Below, in pieces: positions 18,157 through 27,586 of a DNA stretch of 64,000 bases. A program made the position numbers and the translations under genes. The DNA comes from a bacterium (GTDB lineage: Bacteria > JAHJDO01). Every line of letters begins with the position of its first letter. Positions within the stretch are counted from its first letter, which is position 1. The DNA lies in the NCBI GenBank assembly GCA_043824255.1, contig JBDRTG010000047.1, forward strand, positions 265,032-329,031, written 5' to 3'. The notes beneath the pieces are model-generated. The model saw nothing but the letters and a program-made list of their open reading frames with translations. It had not been told where the DNA came from and ran no database searches.

Positions 18157-19384
18157 GAAAAATCAATCCGAAATTTATCAATACAAGCAGTGTCCCGCAG
18201 ATTAAAAGTACATATATAACCTGTTCCAGTGATTTGTGAAACATACATATTAACCCGACTTGCACTATTGTCATAATTACAAGCGCAATAACAAAACTAA
18301 TCTTATGTCTTGCAATATGAAAGCCGTTGATTATTCCTATAAGCGCGTATGGAAGCATAGCAAGCCCAAAAATCCATAAGAGATTTACATTACCGGTATA
18401 TCTGCCGCGTGAAATCAATCTCAATAGAAAATCAGGGAATAGAAAGAAGATAAATATGCCTATCGAGCATACGAGAAGTGCGAATAGAAGAACCTTTTTT
18501 AAAATTGGAAGAGTATTCTTATTGATTGTATGCGCTTCAGCCACCATTGGGAACATGACCACTACTATTGCTCCGGGCAGATACAGGATGCTTTTTCCAA
18601 GCACGGATATTGCCGCATATTGGCCTGCGATATCCGCAGAGAAATAGTGCTTCACAAGTGTCATGTCAATCATTGTTAATACTGCGTAAAATGAAATCGA
18701 CATAGCCACTGGGAGACAAAAAAGAAGCATTTCTTTCTTGTATTTTTTTACTGATTCAATTTTTACTTTTATAATATCCTTTATCACTTTACCAAGTATC
18801 AAAATCACTGTTACGCTAGCTACTACAGAAGCAAGAATTGCTCCATTCAATCCGAACCCCAGCCATACAAGCAGAGCTCCGCTTCCAATCCTTGAAAAAG
18901 GGCCTAAAATTTGACTTAAAGCAATATAATTAAATCTCTGCATTCCTGTCGCTACGGCTAAAAATAAACTTAAAATACAGGAAATGGAAAACGAGAAACT
19001 AACTATTATTATAGGAGATACATGCTCTAACTTGTAGTAATCCATAATCTGGAATCTGGCTGCAAAAATTAAAATAGAAACAATAATTCCTGCTGGAACA
19101 ATATACTTGAAAGATTTAAGAATAATCCCCTTTATCTTCCCAAATTCGTTTTTACCTTTGAATCCTGCGATATACTTTGTGATAACTAAGCTTATAGTTC
19201 CTGTTCCTATTGAAATTATTACTCCAAATGAGAACAGTGCGTTCATAGCCCCAAAATCAGCGACAGAGAGATTTCTTCCCATAAAGAATTGGAAAAGATA
19301 TTGAAAGAAGTTGCCTGCCATTGCAGCAACAAAAAGCAATGCACTGTTTTTATACAGAGAATCTTTTTTAATGAATGCTAACAT
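18140..19384 (-). CDS. Oligosaccharide flippase (Wzx / MOP family)
   Basis: About 12 hydrophobic segments; RNLSVADFG; IDMTLVKHYFS..AGQYAA. Confidence 0.85.
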   Translation of the reverse strand: MLAFIKKDSLYKNSALLFVAAMAGNFFQYLFQFFMGRNLSVADFGAMNALFSFGVIISIGTGTISLVITKYIAGFKGKNEFGKIKGIILKSFKYIVPAGIIVSILIFAARFQIMDYYKLEHVSPIIIVSFSFSISCILSLFLAVATGMQRFNYIALSQILGPFSRIGSGALLVWLGFGLNGAILASVVASVTVILILGKVIKDIIKVKIESVKKYKKEMLLFCLPVAMSISFYAVLTMIDMTLVKHYFSADIAGQYAAISVLGKSILYLPGAIVVVMFPMVAEAHTINKNTLPILKKVLLFALLVCSIGIFIFFLFPDFLLRLISRGRYTGNVNLLWIFGLAMLPYALIGIINGFHIARHKISFVIALVIMTIVQVGLICMFHKSLEQVIYVLLICGTLLVLINFGLIFHERKS

Positions 19385-19395
19385 AAATACACCAC

Positions 19396-19419
19396 AACAA
19401 GGGGTTGAAACCCCTTGTT
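19396..19419. repeat. Perfect 11-bp inverted repeat (REP-like hairpin) inside the operon
   Basis: AACAAGGGGTT-GA-AACCCCTTGTT between the epimerase and flippase genes; no U-tract on the minus strand. Confidence 0.6.
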
Positions 19420-19433
19420 CACTTATTCTCCCA

Positions 19434-20477
19434 TTATCTGAATAATGATCTGTTCTTATTGACCCAGTCGGACAGTTTCTTTACTCCAGTTTCTACGTCT
19501 GTTTTGGGCTGCCATGCAAGCTCTTTTCTTGCTTTCTCAATGCTGCATACAAACACGGGCTGATCACCGGGCCGCCAATCACTGAAACTGTATTCTGTTT
19601 TTTTATTTAAGAATCTCTCAAGAAAGGAAATAAGTTCAAGCAAAGACATTTTATTACCAGGGCCACCGCCTATGTTATAGATTTTTCCGGAAGCAGCTTC
19701 TATATTCTCTATGGCTTTTTCATATGCATCAACTAAATCATCAATAAACAGTACGTCTCTAACCTGTTTCCCGTCTCCATAGATTGTAATTGGTTTATCC
19801 ATTGATGCAGCTATTGTAAACCACGCAACCCAGCCCTGGTCTTCTACGCCAAATTGTCTGTATCCATAAATGCAGCTCTGGCGCATAACAACAGTTCTCA
19901 GTCCGTATATTCTGGAATAATCTCTAACATACTGATCAGCTGCGCCCTTTGAGCAGCCATAAGGGGAATGAAAATCCAATATTCTATTCTCAGAGATTCC
20001 CTCTGGCAGAGACTCGTATTCATATCTGCCGTTTCTTTCAATCACTTTTATGTCAGTCATCCCTCCATAAACCTTGTTTGTGGAAGCGTAAATAAATATT
20101 GGATTAAGCTTATTTTCTCTTACTGCTTCCAGAAGATTAAATGTGCCAAGCGCATTTATCTGGAAATCTTCTCTTGGTTCTAAAACAGAAGTTGTAACAG
20201 CTACCTGCGCAGCAAGATGAAGCACAACATCAATGCTATTTTCCCGAAAGCCTTTCGGGACAAAAATCTTCTTGACCTTTGCATAATCTCTGATATCACA
20301 ATCTATGAACTCAAATTCTCCCTGTTTCCTGAGCCAGCCAAGATTATCTTTAGAACCCTTTCTTGAGAGATTGTCCAGAACCGCTACCTCATACCCTTTG
20401 TCTATAAACCGTTTTGCAGCATTACAACCGATAAATCCGGCACCGCCTGTTATTAATATCTTCAATCTTTGTACCAT
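19434..20477 (-). CDS. rfbE: CDP-paratose 2-epimerase (CDP-tyvelose epimerase)-like NAD-dependent epimerase
   Basis: ITGGAGFIG; STNKVYG; SPYGCSKGAADQY; EDQGWVAWF; GDGKQVRD resemble tyvelose epimerase. Confidence 0.75.
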   Translation of the reverse strand: MVQRLKILITGGAGFIGCNAAKRFIDKGYEVAVLDNLSRKGSKDNLGWLRKQGEFEFIDCDIRDYAKVKKIFVPKGFRENSIDVVLHLAAQVAVTTSVLEPREDFQINALGTFNLLEAVRENKLNPIFIYASTNKVYGGMTDIKVIERNGRYEYESLPEGISENRILDFHSPYGCSKGAADQYVRDYSRIYGLRTVVMRQSCIYGYRQFGVEDQGWVAWFTIAASMDKPITIYGDGKQVRDVLFIDDLVDAYEKAIENIEAASGKIYNIGGGPGNKMSLLELISFLERFLNKKTEYSFSDWRPGDQPVFVCSIEKARKELAWQPKTDVETGVKKLSDWVNKNRSLFR

Positions 20478-21460
20478 TTAATAGTTTCTCTAAGCCCCTT
20501 TTCCAGGCTGCAAACTGGTTTCCATCCCAGAAGCCTTTCTGCTTTGGTGCTTGACAGGTATTGATTGTTTATTTCTCCTTTGCTTTTACCCTTGCCTTTT
20601 ATAACAGGCTTCAAAGACTTGCTTCCGGAAACCGCAATAATTTTCTTTACTAAATCCAATACTTTTACCGGACTATTTGACCCAAAATTAAATGCTTCAC
20701 CTTTTATGCCTTTTTCATCAGCCTTTTCTGCAGCAATAAGATACGCACTAACTGCATCGTCAATATAGATATAATCTCTTAGCGGGGTTCCATCGCTCCT
20801 GATAATTGGATCCTTATTCTGAAGAATAGATCTAATTGTGTCTGGAATAATTCTTGAGAAATTCAGGTCCCCGCCTCCATAAATATTAGCACATCTTGTT
20901 ACAACAATCGGCATATCATATGTACAGGCATAAGTTCTCGCAAGTATGTCAGTACATGCCTTTGATGCATCATATGGATGGAGTGCATTTAGCGAATAGG
21001 ACTCTTTATATGGTAAATCTTGCTGCTCTCCATAAGCCTTATCACTGGATGCTATAACTATTCGCTCTAGCCCTATATTCCTTGCTGCCTCAAGAATATT
21101 CCATGTGCCCCTTATATTGGATTCAAATGTAGAAATAGGAGACTTATTTGCAATTCCCACTATTGTCTGCGCTCCAATGTGGAAGCATGAGTCTATATTG
21201 TGCTCATTAAAGATACGAGCTATAAGCTGATAATCTATAAGATCTCCCTTTACAACAGCTTCCAGGCTGTTATAAACATTTTTCATATTTGTCAGGACTG
21301 AGCCAGGGATCCAATCTCTAATCAAAACCACTACTCTTGCGCCAGAGTCAACCAATGCCTTTGTAAGCCACGAGCCTAAAAATCCGTTTGCGCCTGTAAT
21401 AAATACTCTTTTATTCTTCCAGAATTTCCTATCCGTTTCTTTACTCATACCTTCTCCCAT
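20462..21460 (-). CDS. CDP-glucose 4,6-dehydratase-like SDR
   Basis: FWKNKRVFITGANGFLGSWL; SSDKAYG; PYDASK; NIYGGGD; RIIPD. Start may be 21448. Confidence 0.75.
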   Translation of the reverse strand: MGEGMSKETDRKFWKNKRVFITGANGFLGSWLTKALVDSGARVVVLIRDWIPGSVLTNMKNVYNSLEAVVKGDLIDYQLIARIFNEHNIDSCFHIGAQTIVGIANKSPISTFESNIRGTWNILEAARNIGLERIVIASSDKAYGEQQDLPYKESYSLNALHPYDASKACTDILARTYACTYDMPIVVTRCANIYGGGDLNFSRIIPDTIRSILQNKDPIIRSDGTPLRDYIYIDDAVSAYLIAAEKADEKGIKGEAFNFGSNSPVKVLDLVKKIIAVSGSKSLKPVIKGKGKSKGEINNQYLSSTKAERLLGWKPVCSLEKGLRETIKWYKD

Positions 21461-21484
21461 AATATGTTTTTAACAGTGTTGTGA

Positions 21485-21513
21485 ATTATATTATATTAAG
21501 CATGAAATAGCAA
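21485..21513 (-). promoter_or_regulatory. Sigma70 promoter heading the left glycan operon
   Basis: Minus strand TTGCTA-17nt-TATAAT. Confidence 0.6.
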
Positions 21514-21652
21514 TTTTAAAAGCAAGCAGGCACCCGATATCCATCGGAATAGAGTATTTTTAAACGGTGTTTAACAACAACTTTGTTGACAAACAAGAAA
21601 TTATGTTGGAACATATGGAACAATGAAAGGAGTCAATTTGAGGAGAAATAAA

Positions 21653-22459
21653 ATGACTAAATCTTCAAAATATGACTTTCACATTCACACAAAATATTTA
21701 GGTTGTGGAAATTCCACGATGGAGGTCTCTTCTATTGTAAATGAATGTGAACGATTGGGAGTTACCTCCATGGCGATAACAGACCATCTGAACTCCCTTG
21801 ATAAGTTGCAACTTCATGTCCCTATCCGAAAAGATATTGAAAAATTAGATACGAAGATAAAAGTTTATTTTGGTGTGGAATCGAATTTTACTGGATATAA
21901 CAAGGAATTTGCTTTCAACCAGGAAGTCAAAGAGAAATATGGATTTCAGTTCGCAATAGGTGGGATACACTCCACGTACCTGAAGAAATATGACATAAAG
22001 AAGCTGGTTGATACTCAACACAAACATCATTTAAAAACATGTCAAGATCCTCTTGTTCAGGTCCTGGTACATCCGTATTGGTTTGGGAAAGGTGAATTTG
22101 ACAAAAATGGATGGCCATGGTTCAATTCAATGAAAGCTGTTTCCGAGACCTATGTGCGAGAGCTTGGACAGGTCGCAAGAGAAACAGGGACTGCTATAGA
22201 GATAAATGGGTGTGCCAATCTGAAGAATCCAGCATTTAGCCAGGACTATGTGAAAGAATATTTTGATTACCTGTCAATTCTTGCAGAGGAAGGAGTTATT
22301 TTCTGTTTGGGGTCAGACGCTCATGACATCAGCCGTCTTGCAATGATCCAAGATGTCTGGCAAGTCGTGGGACGACTTAATTTATCTCCAGACCGAATCT
22401 GGCAGCCTGAATGTAAACCTATGGTCGGTGGGACGGCAAGAGATGTTCCTATCTCATAA
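21653..22459 (+). CDS. PHP-domain metal-dependent phosphoesterase
   Basis: DFHIHT, ITDH, GVE, LVHP, EING, GSDAH motifs; AGGAG RBS before ATG 21653. Confidence 0.85.
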   Translation: MTKSSKYDFHIHTKYLGCGNSTMEVSSIVNECERLGVTSMAITDHLNSLDKLQLHVPIRKDIEKLDTKIKVYFGVESNFTGYNKEFAFNQEVKEKYGFQFAIGGIHSTYLKKYDIKKLVDTQHKHHLKTCQDPLVQVLVHPYWFGKGEFDKNGWPWFNSMKAVSETYVRELGQVARETGTAIEINGCANLKNPAFSQDYVKEYFDYLSILAEEGVIFCLGSDAHDISRLAMIQDVWQVVGRLNLSPDRIWQPECKPMVGGTARDVPIS

Positions 22460-22952
22460 GTGATATTATTTGTTTCGCAACATCCGAAGTGGACAGTTCC
22501 GAAGTGTCTATTATATAATCTGCGTCTTTTTCGTATTTTTCTTTTCTTTGTATGAGAACCTCTTCTATTTCATCTACAAAGCTCTTTCCATCTGTTAAAG
22601 ATGGCCTATGTGTTCCGTGTTTTATCCTTTTTACAATTGTAGTAATATCTGCCTTAAGCCAGAACACTTTGCTGTTTTTTCTGAGATTTTTTACATTCTT
22701 ATCACGCAGGATTACTCCGCCGCCTGTGTCAATAATGTAGTTATCAAGACTAGAAACTTGTTCCGCAATTTCAGATTCCATATCCCTGAACCTGTCCCAT
22801 CCAAATTTCTCAACGATCTCTGGAATTGACATGCCTGCTTTTTTTGTGATTTCCTCATCCATATTAAGTACAGGCAGTTTCAATTCTTTACTCAGCACTC
22901 TTGCAACGCTGGATTTGCCACTACCTCTATAACCAATCAGAACAATATTCAT
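22449..22952 (-). CDS. aroK: Shikimate kinase
   Basis: IGYRGSGKS P-loop, FRDME, TGGG, RPSL. Confidence 0.93.
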   Translation of the reverse strand: MNIVLIGYRGSGKSSVARVLSKELKLPVLNMDEEITKKAGMSIPEIVEKFGWDRFRDMESEIAEQVSSLDNYIIDTGGGVILRDKNVKNLRKNSKVFWLKADITTIVKRIKHGTHRPSLTDGKSFVDEIEEVLIQRKEKYEKDADYIIDTSELSTSDVAKQIISLMR

Positions 22953-24223
22953 TACTCGGAAAACTCTACGTGCGGGTTGTTGCCATAGATTATATTAACG
23001 GGCCTGCCTTTGTGGAGAATTGACATTCTACCTGCTTCCATAACAAGTTCATTGATATAACTGTTTCGAGGTGTGGCAATTATGCCTTTTTCGTCTATGC
23101 TTTTAAGCATCTCTCTTTTTCTTTCCAGAGCGTCTTGCTTCGACATTTGGGCAGTTCCATTATTGATGAAGTGTGCCGATTTTACAATCGCTTCAACTGA
23201 ATCATATCCATAGCCAACTGGTTTCAGCCCTTCTCCCTCCCATGGAACAAGTTTGAAATAATCCGGACTTGCAAAATTATAAAGCGTGCCTCCTGGACCT
23301 GGATCCTTAACAAAGGAGTGTGTAACACCTCTATTCTGGTCATTATGTCTTATGAGAGCTCCTTTTTTCCCATCATCACAAAAGAGTGTAATCCCCTGGT
23401 CATTGCTTCCCGCACCATCGTCAGGATATCCGAGACCATCAACAACGTTGAGTATGCCCCCATTCTCAAATACCACTCTTCCACTTGTCCACATATATCC
23501 AATCTTTCCATTCGGGAATTTCCCCTCTATTCCAATGACTGAAATATTTACCGGCTTCAGTCCTGTCATAAAATAAACCTGGTCCACATAATGACATCCT
23601 ACATATGTGAATGGGTCAGAGTTCTCTTTAACAAACCAGTTCTGAAAATTGGAGTTTCTATAAAACCATGGTTCCACCATTCTGGCCTCACCCACTTTAA
23701 ACTCGCCAAATCTTCCTGAAGCATAGTCGCCTTTTACAAGCAGAGCACGTCTGTCAAACCTCTTGTGATATTCTATTCCTATAAAAAGCCCTTTTTTATA
23801 CGCAAGTTTTTCAATTTCACAGGACTGAGAGTATTTTAGAACAAGCGGTTTTACGCAAAGTATATGCTGAGAAGCAGCTATAGCTTCCTTTATTACATCA
23901 TAATGAAACTGGTCTGGCACAGCTACAACTACCACATTGTAAGGCTGCATTTCCCTGATAACCTCCCTGAACTCATTGGGAAACATTTTCTTCGGAGACT
24001 CCGATATATCAGGACGAGCTCTAAACCCGAAACATGGAAATGCTTTTTTGAATGTTTCAGAATCTGCCAAAGCCTTCAGTGGAACAGAATTCAAGGCGCA
24101 TATCGTAATATCACTAACTATGCCTATACGCTTTAAATGATAAATTGACGGTAACAGCTGATCATGAGTGATCATACCTCCGCCAATAATTGCAACCTTA
24201 AGTTTATCATTTCTTGGAGTCAT
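22952..24223 (-). CDS. Gfo/Idh/MocA family NAD-dependent oxidoreductase
   Basis: IIGGGMI Rossmann motif, AVPDQFH, HILCVKPL, HKRFD, GCHYVD; AGGAG RBS favours a start at 24223. Confidence 0.85.
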   Translation of the reverse strand: MTPRNDKLKVAIIGGGMITHDQLLPSIYHLKRIGIVSDITICALNSVPLKALADSETFKKAFPCFGFRARPDISESPKKMFPNEFREVIREMQPYNVVVVAVPDQFHYDVIKEAIAASQHILCVKPLVLKYSQSCEIEKLAYKKGLFIGIEYHKRFDRRALLVKGDYASGRFGEFKVGEARMVEPWFYRNSNFQNWFVKENSDPFTYVGCHYVDQVYFMTGLKPVNISVIGIEGKFPNGKIGYMWTSGRVVFENGGILNVVDGLGYPDDGAGSNDQGITLFCDDGKKGALIRHNDQNRGVTHSFVKDPGPGGTLYNFASPDYFKLVPWEGEGLKPVGYGYDSVEAIVKSAHFINNGTAQMSKQDALERKREMLKSIDEKGIIATPRNSYINELVMEAGRMSILHKGRPVNIIYGNNPHVEFSE

Positions 24224-24245
24224 AATTTTTTCTCCTGAGTTCAAC

Positions 24246-25622
24246 CTATCTCATTACCTTATCAAGTGTTTCCTTAATGCCAGCTTTTCCATATAAGCCG
24301 TCATCTATCGCCTCTTTTGTTATACAAAGTGGTGGACAAAATTTGATAGCACCATAACCCTTGCCTACAGGTGCAAAGAACAAGTTTCCGGAAAGGAAGC
24401 ACTGTTCACAAAACCTGAACGCTGTATCTGCATCCGGCACAAGGTCTTCTCTATTATTAAAAAAGAGCATACCTATAACCAGCCCAATCCCCCCAACATC
24501 AATTCTTCCTCTATATGGCTCTGTAATCTCAGTCAGTTTCCCTTTCAGGTAATTACCCATATTTGCTGCGTTCTCAATTAAACCTTCTTCAAGCAGTACA
24601 CTTATGCTGGCAATAGATGCAACTGCAGGTAAAGGACTTCCTGTGTGAGTACTTGTCATTTCTCCAGGACCATACTGATCCATATACTCAGCTCTTCCAA
24701 TAACAGCTGAAAGCGGGAGCGAACTTGTAATTCCCTTACCGCAGCAAACCATATCAGGAACTACTCCATAATGCTCAAAAGCAAAAAGTTTGCCTGTCCT
24801 CCCAAAACCTGCCTGCACCTCGTCAAAAATAAGTGCTGCATTATTCTCATCACACCATTCTCTTAATGACCTGACATACTCAACAGGCATAAGTTTTGCC
24901 TCTCTTCCCTGAAAGGTCTCCACAATAACCCCTGAAACATCACATGAAGCAATATTCAGCTTCTGTAACCTCCTTGTAAATACATCAAAGCTTTTGTCTT
25001 TTACTTCAACACTTCCCGGGAAAGGCACCTGTGCAAAATATGGATTTTCGTCAACCCATTCAGCGCCTCCCAACACACCGCCTGCTAATTGGGCTCCGTA
25101 TGTTCTGCCGTGAAAAGCGCCCTGAAAGCTGATAATGTAACGTTTTTTTGAGTTAATTCTTATTCCATGAGTTCTTGCCAATTTCATAGAGACTTCTACA
25201 GCCTCGGAACCTGTTGTAAGAAGGAATACCTTATTCAGTTCTGATGGAGAAATCTCAATAAGCTTCTCAGCAAGATCTGCTCTTATCTCATTAGGAAAGC
25301 AATATGTGTGAAGCGGACCTTTGGTTTGAAGATAATCCAGTAAAGCTTTTTTTATTTTTGGATGCCCATGTCCTACACTTGTAACAAGTACGCCTGAACT
25401 CCAATCCAACCACTTATTTCCATATCCATCCTCAATATTAACACCTTCTACTTTATGCCATACTACAGGAGCCTGCCCTCTCATTGACCTTGATTCATTG
25501 GTTCTGAGTTTGTTTAATATAGGTATAGACTCAGGAGCTGGAATCTTGGTAATAATCTTTCTGTAAGGTGTTTCTATAAATGGAACTTTTCTTGGTTCAA
25601 GTGGAAATTCTTTTGCTGCCAT
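24246..25622 (-). CDS. Class III PLP-dependent aminotransferase
   Basis: TGSEAVE, FHGRT, DEVQAGFGRTG, GKG (PLP Lys), STHTGSP. Confidence 0.9.
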   Translation of the reverse strand: MAAKEFPLEPRKVPFIETPYRKIITKIPAPESIPILNKLRTNESRSMRGQAPVVWHKVEGVNIEDGYGNKWLDWSSGVLVTSVGHGHPKIKKALLDYLQTKGPLHTYCFPNEIRADLAEKLIEISPSELNKVFLLTTGSEAVEVSMKLARTHGIRINSKKRYIISFQGAFHGRTYGAQLAGGVLGGAEWVDENPYFAQVPFPGSVEVKDKSFDVFTRRLQKLNIASCDVSGVIVETFQGREAKLMPVEYVRSLREWCDENNAALIFDEVQAGFGRTGKLFAFEHYGVVPDMVCCGKGITSSLPLSAVIGRAEYMDQYGPGEMTSTHTGSPLPAVASIASISVLLEEGLIENAANMGNYLKGKLTEITEPYRGRIDVGGIGLVIGMLFFNNREDLVPDADTAFRFCEQCFLSGNLFFAPVGKGYGAIKFCPPLCITKEAIDDGLYGKAGIKETLDKVMR

Positions 25623-25652
25623 ATAGTCCCCCTTTCTACTACTAAAAATATA

Positions 25653-26495
25653 TCACAAAACCTGGCATGCTTCCCTCATCACTTTGATTGGTGCTGGCTT
25701 ACCTGTCCAGAGTTCAAATTGCAGAGCTGCTTGATAGATGAACATGTCAATTCCTGATATCACAACACATCCAGTATCTTCTGCATCTATGATAAGACGT
25801 GTCTTAAGAGGGGTGTAAATAATATCAAAAACTGTTAATGAACTCCTTAATAATCTCTTTGGAACAGGTGTGTCATTAATTTTTGGATGCATTCCAACAG
25901 GTGTGCATTGTATTAAAATATCGACATCCTGCAGCCGCTTTTCGAGAGACTTCTCATTTGTAATGAATCCCTTAGCCTGAGAAATCCTTTTAGTAGAAGA
26001 TATATCCTGAACTAGTTTGTCTATTTCTTTTTGTATGATTCCACCAATTACAAGAGATGCAGGTCTTTCTTTCATAATAAGTGTAAATGCAATTGCTCGC
26101 GCAGCACCGCCAGAGCCCAAAATTAAGATTCTTTTACCCTTAATATCAACACCCTTTTCTTTTAACGAACGTACTGCTGCAGTTCCATCAGTGGTGTATC
26201 CTTTTAGATTTCTGTTTTCATTAACAATGGTATTAACTGAACCTATTCTATCTGCAACTTCATCAATCTCATCAAGATATTTTATTATTTCTACTTTATG
26301 GGGAATTGTAACGCTTATGCCTTTTATGCCTAGTTCTCTTATACCTGCTATTGCAGAGGATACATCCCGAACTCTAAATGCAAGGTAAACATAATTAAGT
26401 CCAAGATGATCAAACGCTGCATTATGTATGGCAGGGGATAAGGAATGTTCTATAGGATTCCCAATAACAGCACAAAGTTGAGTCTTTGCATCCAT
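25653..26495 (-). CDS. aroE: Shikimate dehydrogenase
   Basis: GNPIEHSLSP, SVTIPHK, SVNT, TTDG, GSGGAARA, QAALQF. Confidence 0.93.
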   Translation of the reverse strand: MDAKTQLCAVIGNPIEHSLSPAIHNAAFDHLGLNYVYLAFRVRDVSSAIAGIRELGIKGISVTIPHKVEIIKYLDEIDEVADRIGSVNTIVNENRNLKGYTTDGTAAVRSLKEKGVDIKGKRILILGSGGAARAIAFTLIMKERPASLVIGGIIQKEIDKLVQDISSTKRISQAKGFITNEKSLEKRLQDVDILIQCTPVGMHPKINDTPVPKRLLRSSLTVFDIIYTPLKTRLIIDAEDTGCVVISGIDMFIYQAALQFELWTGKPAPIKVMREACQVL

Positions 26496-26501
26496 GCACC
26501 C

Positions 26502-26530
26502 TATATAGCATAATGCTCAGTAAATATCAA
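26502..26530 (-). promoter_or_regulatory. Promoter of aroE, probably leaderless
   Basis: Minus strand TTGATA-17nt-TATATA with TGn extension, 6 nt before ATG. Confidence 0.5.
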
Positions 26531-26561
26531 CTTTGGAACAATCATAAAAACAAGAATATTC

Positions 26562-26589
26562 TTTACGAATTTTCATTTTTTGGTATAAT
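26562..26589 (+). promoter_or_regulatory. Extended -10 promoter for the ferredoxin operon
   Basis: TTTACG-16nt-TATAAT with TGn extension; AGGAGG RBS at 26613. Confidence 0.55.
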
Positions 26590-26627
26590 TCCTAACGTGA
26601 TAAAAACTTAACAGGAGGACTTAGATT

Positions 26628-26816
26628 ATGAAAGTTAGTATCAATAAAGAAGATTGTGTTGGATGCGGGATATGCGCAGATGACTGTCCTGATGTTTTTG
26701 AAATGCCGGAAGACATTGCTGCAGTTAAAGCAGAAGAAGTGCCAAAAAATCTAGTTACTGCAGTAAAGGAAGCTGTCGAAAACTGTCCGGTTGATGCAAT
26801 CATTATTTCAGAATAA
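26628..26816 (+). CDS. Ferredoxin (single 4Fe-4S type)
   Basis: CVGCGICADDCP..CPVDAI; strong RBS. Confidence 0.92.
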   Translation: MKVSINKEDCVGCGICADDCPDVFEMPEDIAAVKAEEVPKNLVTAVKEAVENCPVDAIIISE

Positions 26817-26820
26817 AAAG

Positions 26821-27579
26821 TTGAAAAAATACGCAAGATTCTCAATTGATGGCAATTCCTTCAAATATGGTTTGGTTGAGAATGATGTTATTATAGAAAT
26901 AGACGGTAATGTTTTTACAGGATTCAAAGTTACTGAGAAAAAATACAGTATTAAGAATACAAAGATACTGGCTCCATGTTTACCCGGCAAAGTAGTTGCT
27001 GTAGGACTCAATTACATAGACCATGCAAAAGAACTTGGCATGAGAGTACCTGACGAGCCTGTTTTATTTATGAAACCAAGTACTTCTGTTATAGGACCTG
27101 ACGATAATATTATATTTCCAAAAATGAGCAGGCGTGTAGATTATGAAGCAGAATTGGCAGTAGTAATCAAAGATAAAACGAAAAACATTCAGCCTGAAGA
27201 AGCGCACACCCATATATTTGGATATACATGCTTAAATGATGTTACTGCGCGAGATCTTCAAAAAAAAGACGGGCAATGGACAAGAGCTAAATCATTTGAT
27301 ACCTTCTGCCCTATAGGCCCATACATTGTAACAGATATAAACCCTGATAATCTAAAAATAGCACTTTTCTTAAACGGACAATTAAAGCAATCATCCACTA
27401 CAAGCAACTTAATTTTCAATGTTCAAAAACTTGTAAGTTTCATCTCAAAAGTCATGACCCTTTTCCCTGGAGATATAATAGCGACAGGCACTCCCTCCGG
27501 GATAGGTCCCATGAAACGCAAAGACAAGGTGGAAGTAGTTATTGAGAAAGTCGGAAGATTAAGGAATTTTGTGATATAA
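26821..27579 (+). CDS. Fumarylacetoacetate hydrolase family protein
   Basis: VGLNYIDH, FMKP, DYEAEL, NDVTARD, KSFDTFCP, TGTPSG; TTG start just after the ferredoxin stop. Confidence 0.92.
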   Translation: MKKYARFSIDGNSFKYGLVENDVIIEIDGNVFTGFKVTEKKYSIKNTKILAPCLPGKVVAVGLNYIDHAKELGMRVPDEPVLFMKPSTSVIGPDDNIIFPKMSRRVDYEAELAVVIKDKTKNIQPEEAHTHIFGYTCLNDVTARDLQKKDGQWTRAKSFDTFCPIGPYIVTDINPDNLKIALFLNGQLKQSSTTSNLIFNVQKLVSFISKVMTLFPGDIIATGTPSGIGPMKRKDKVEVVIEKVGRLRNFVI

Positions 27580-27586
27580 TTGTTAT

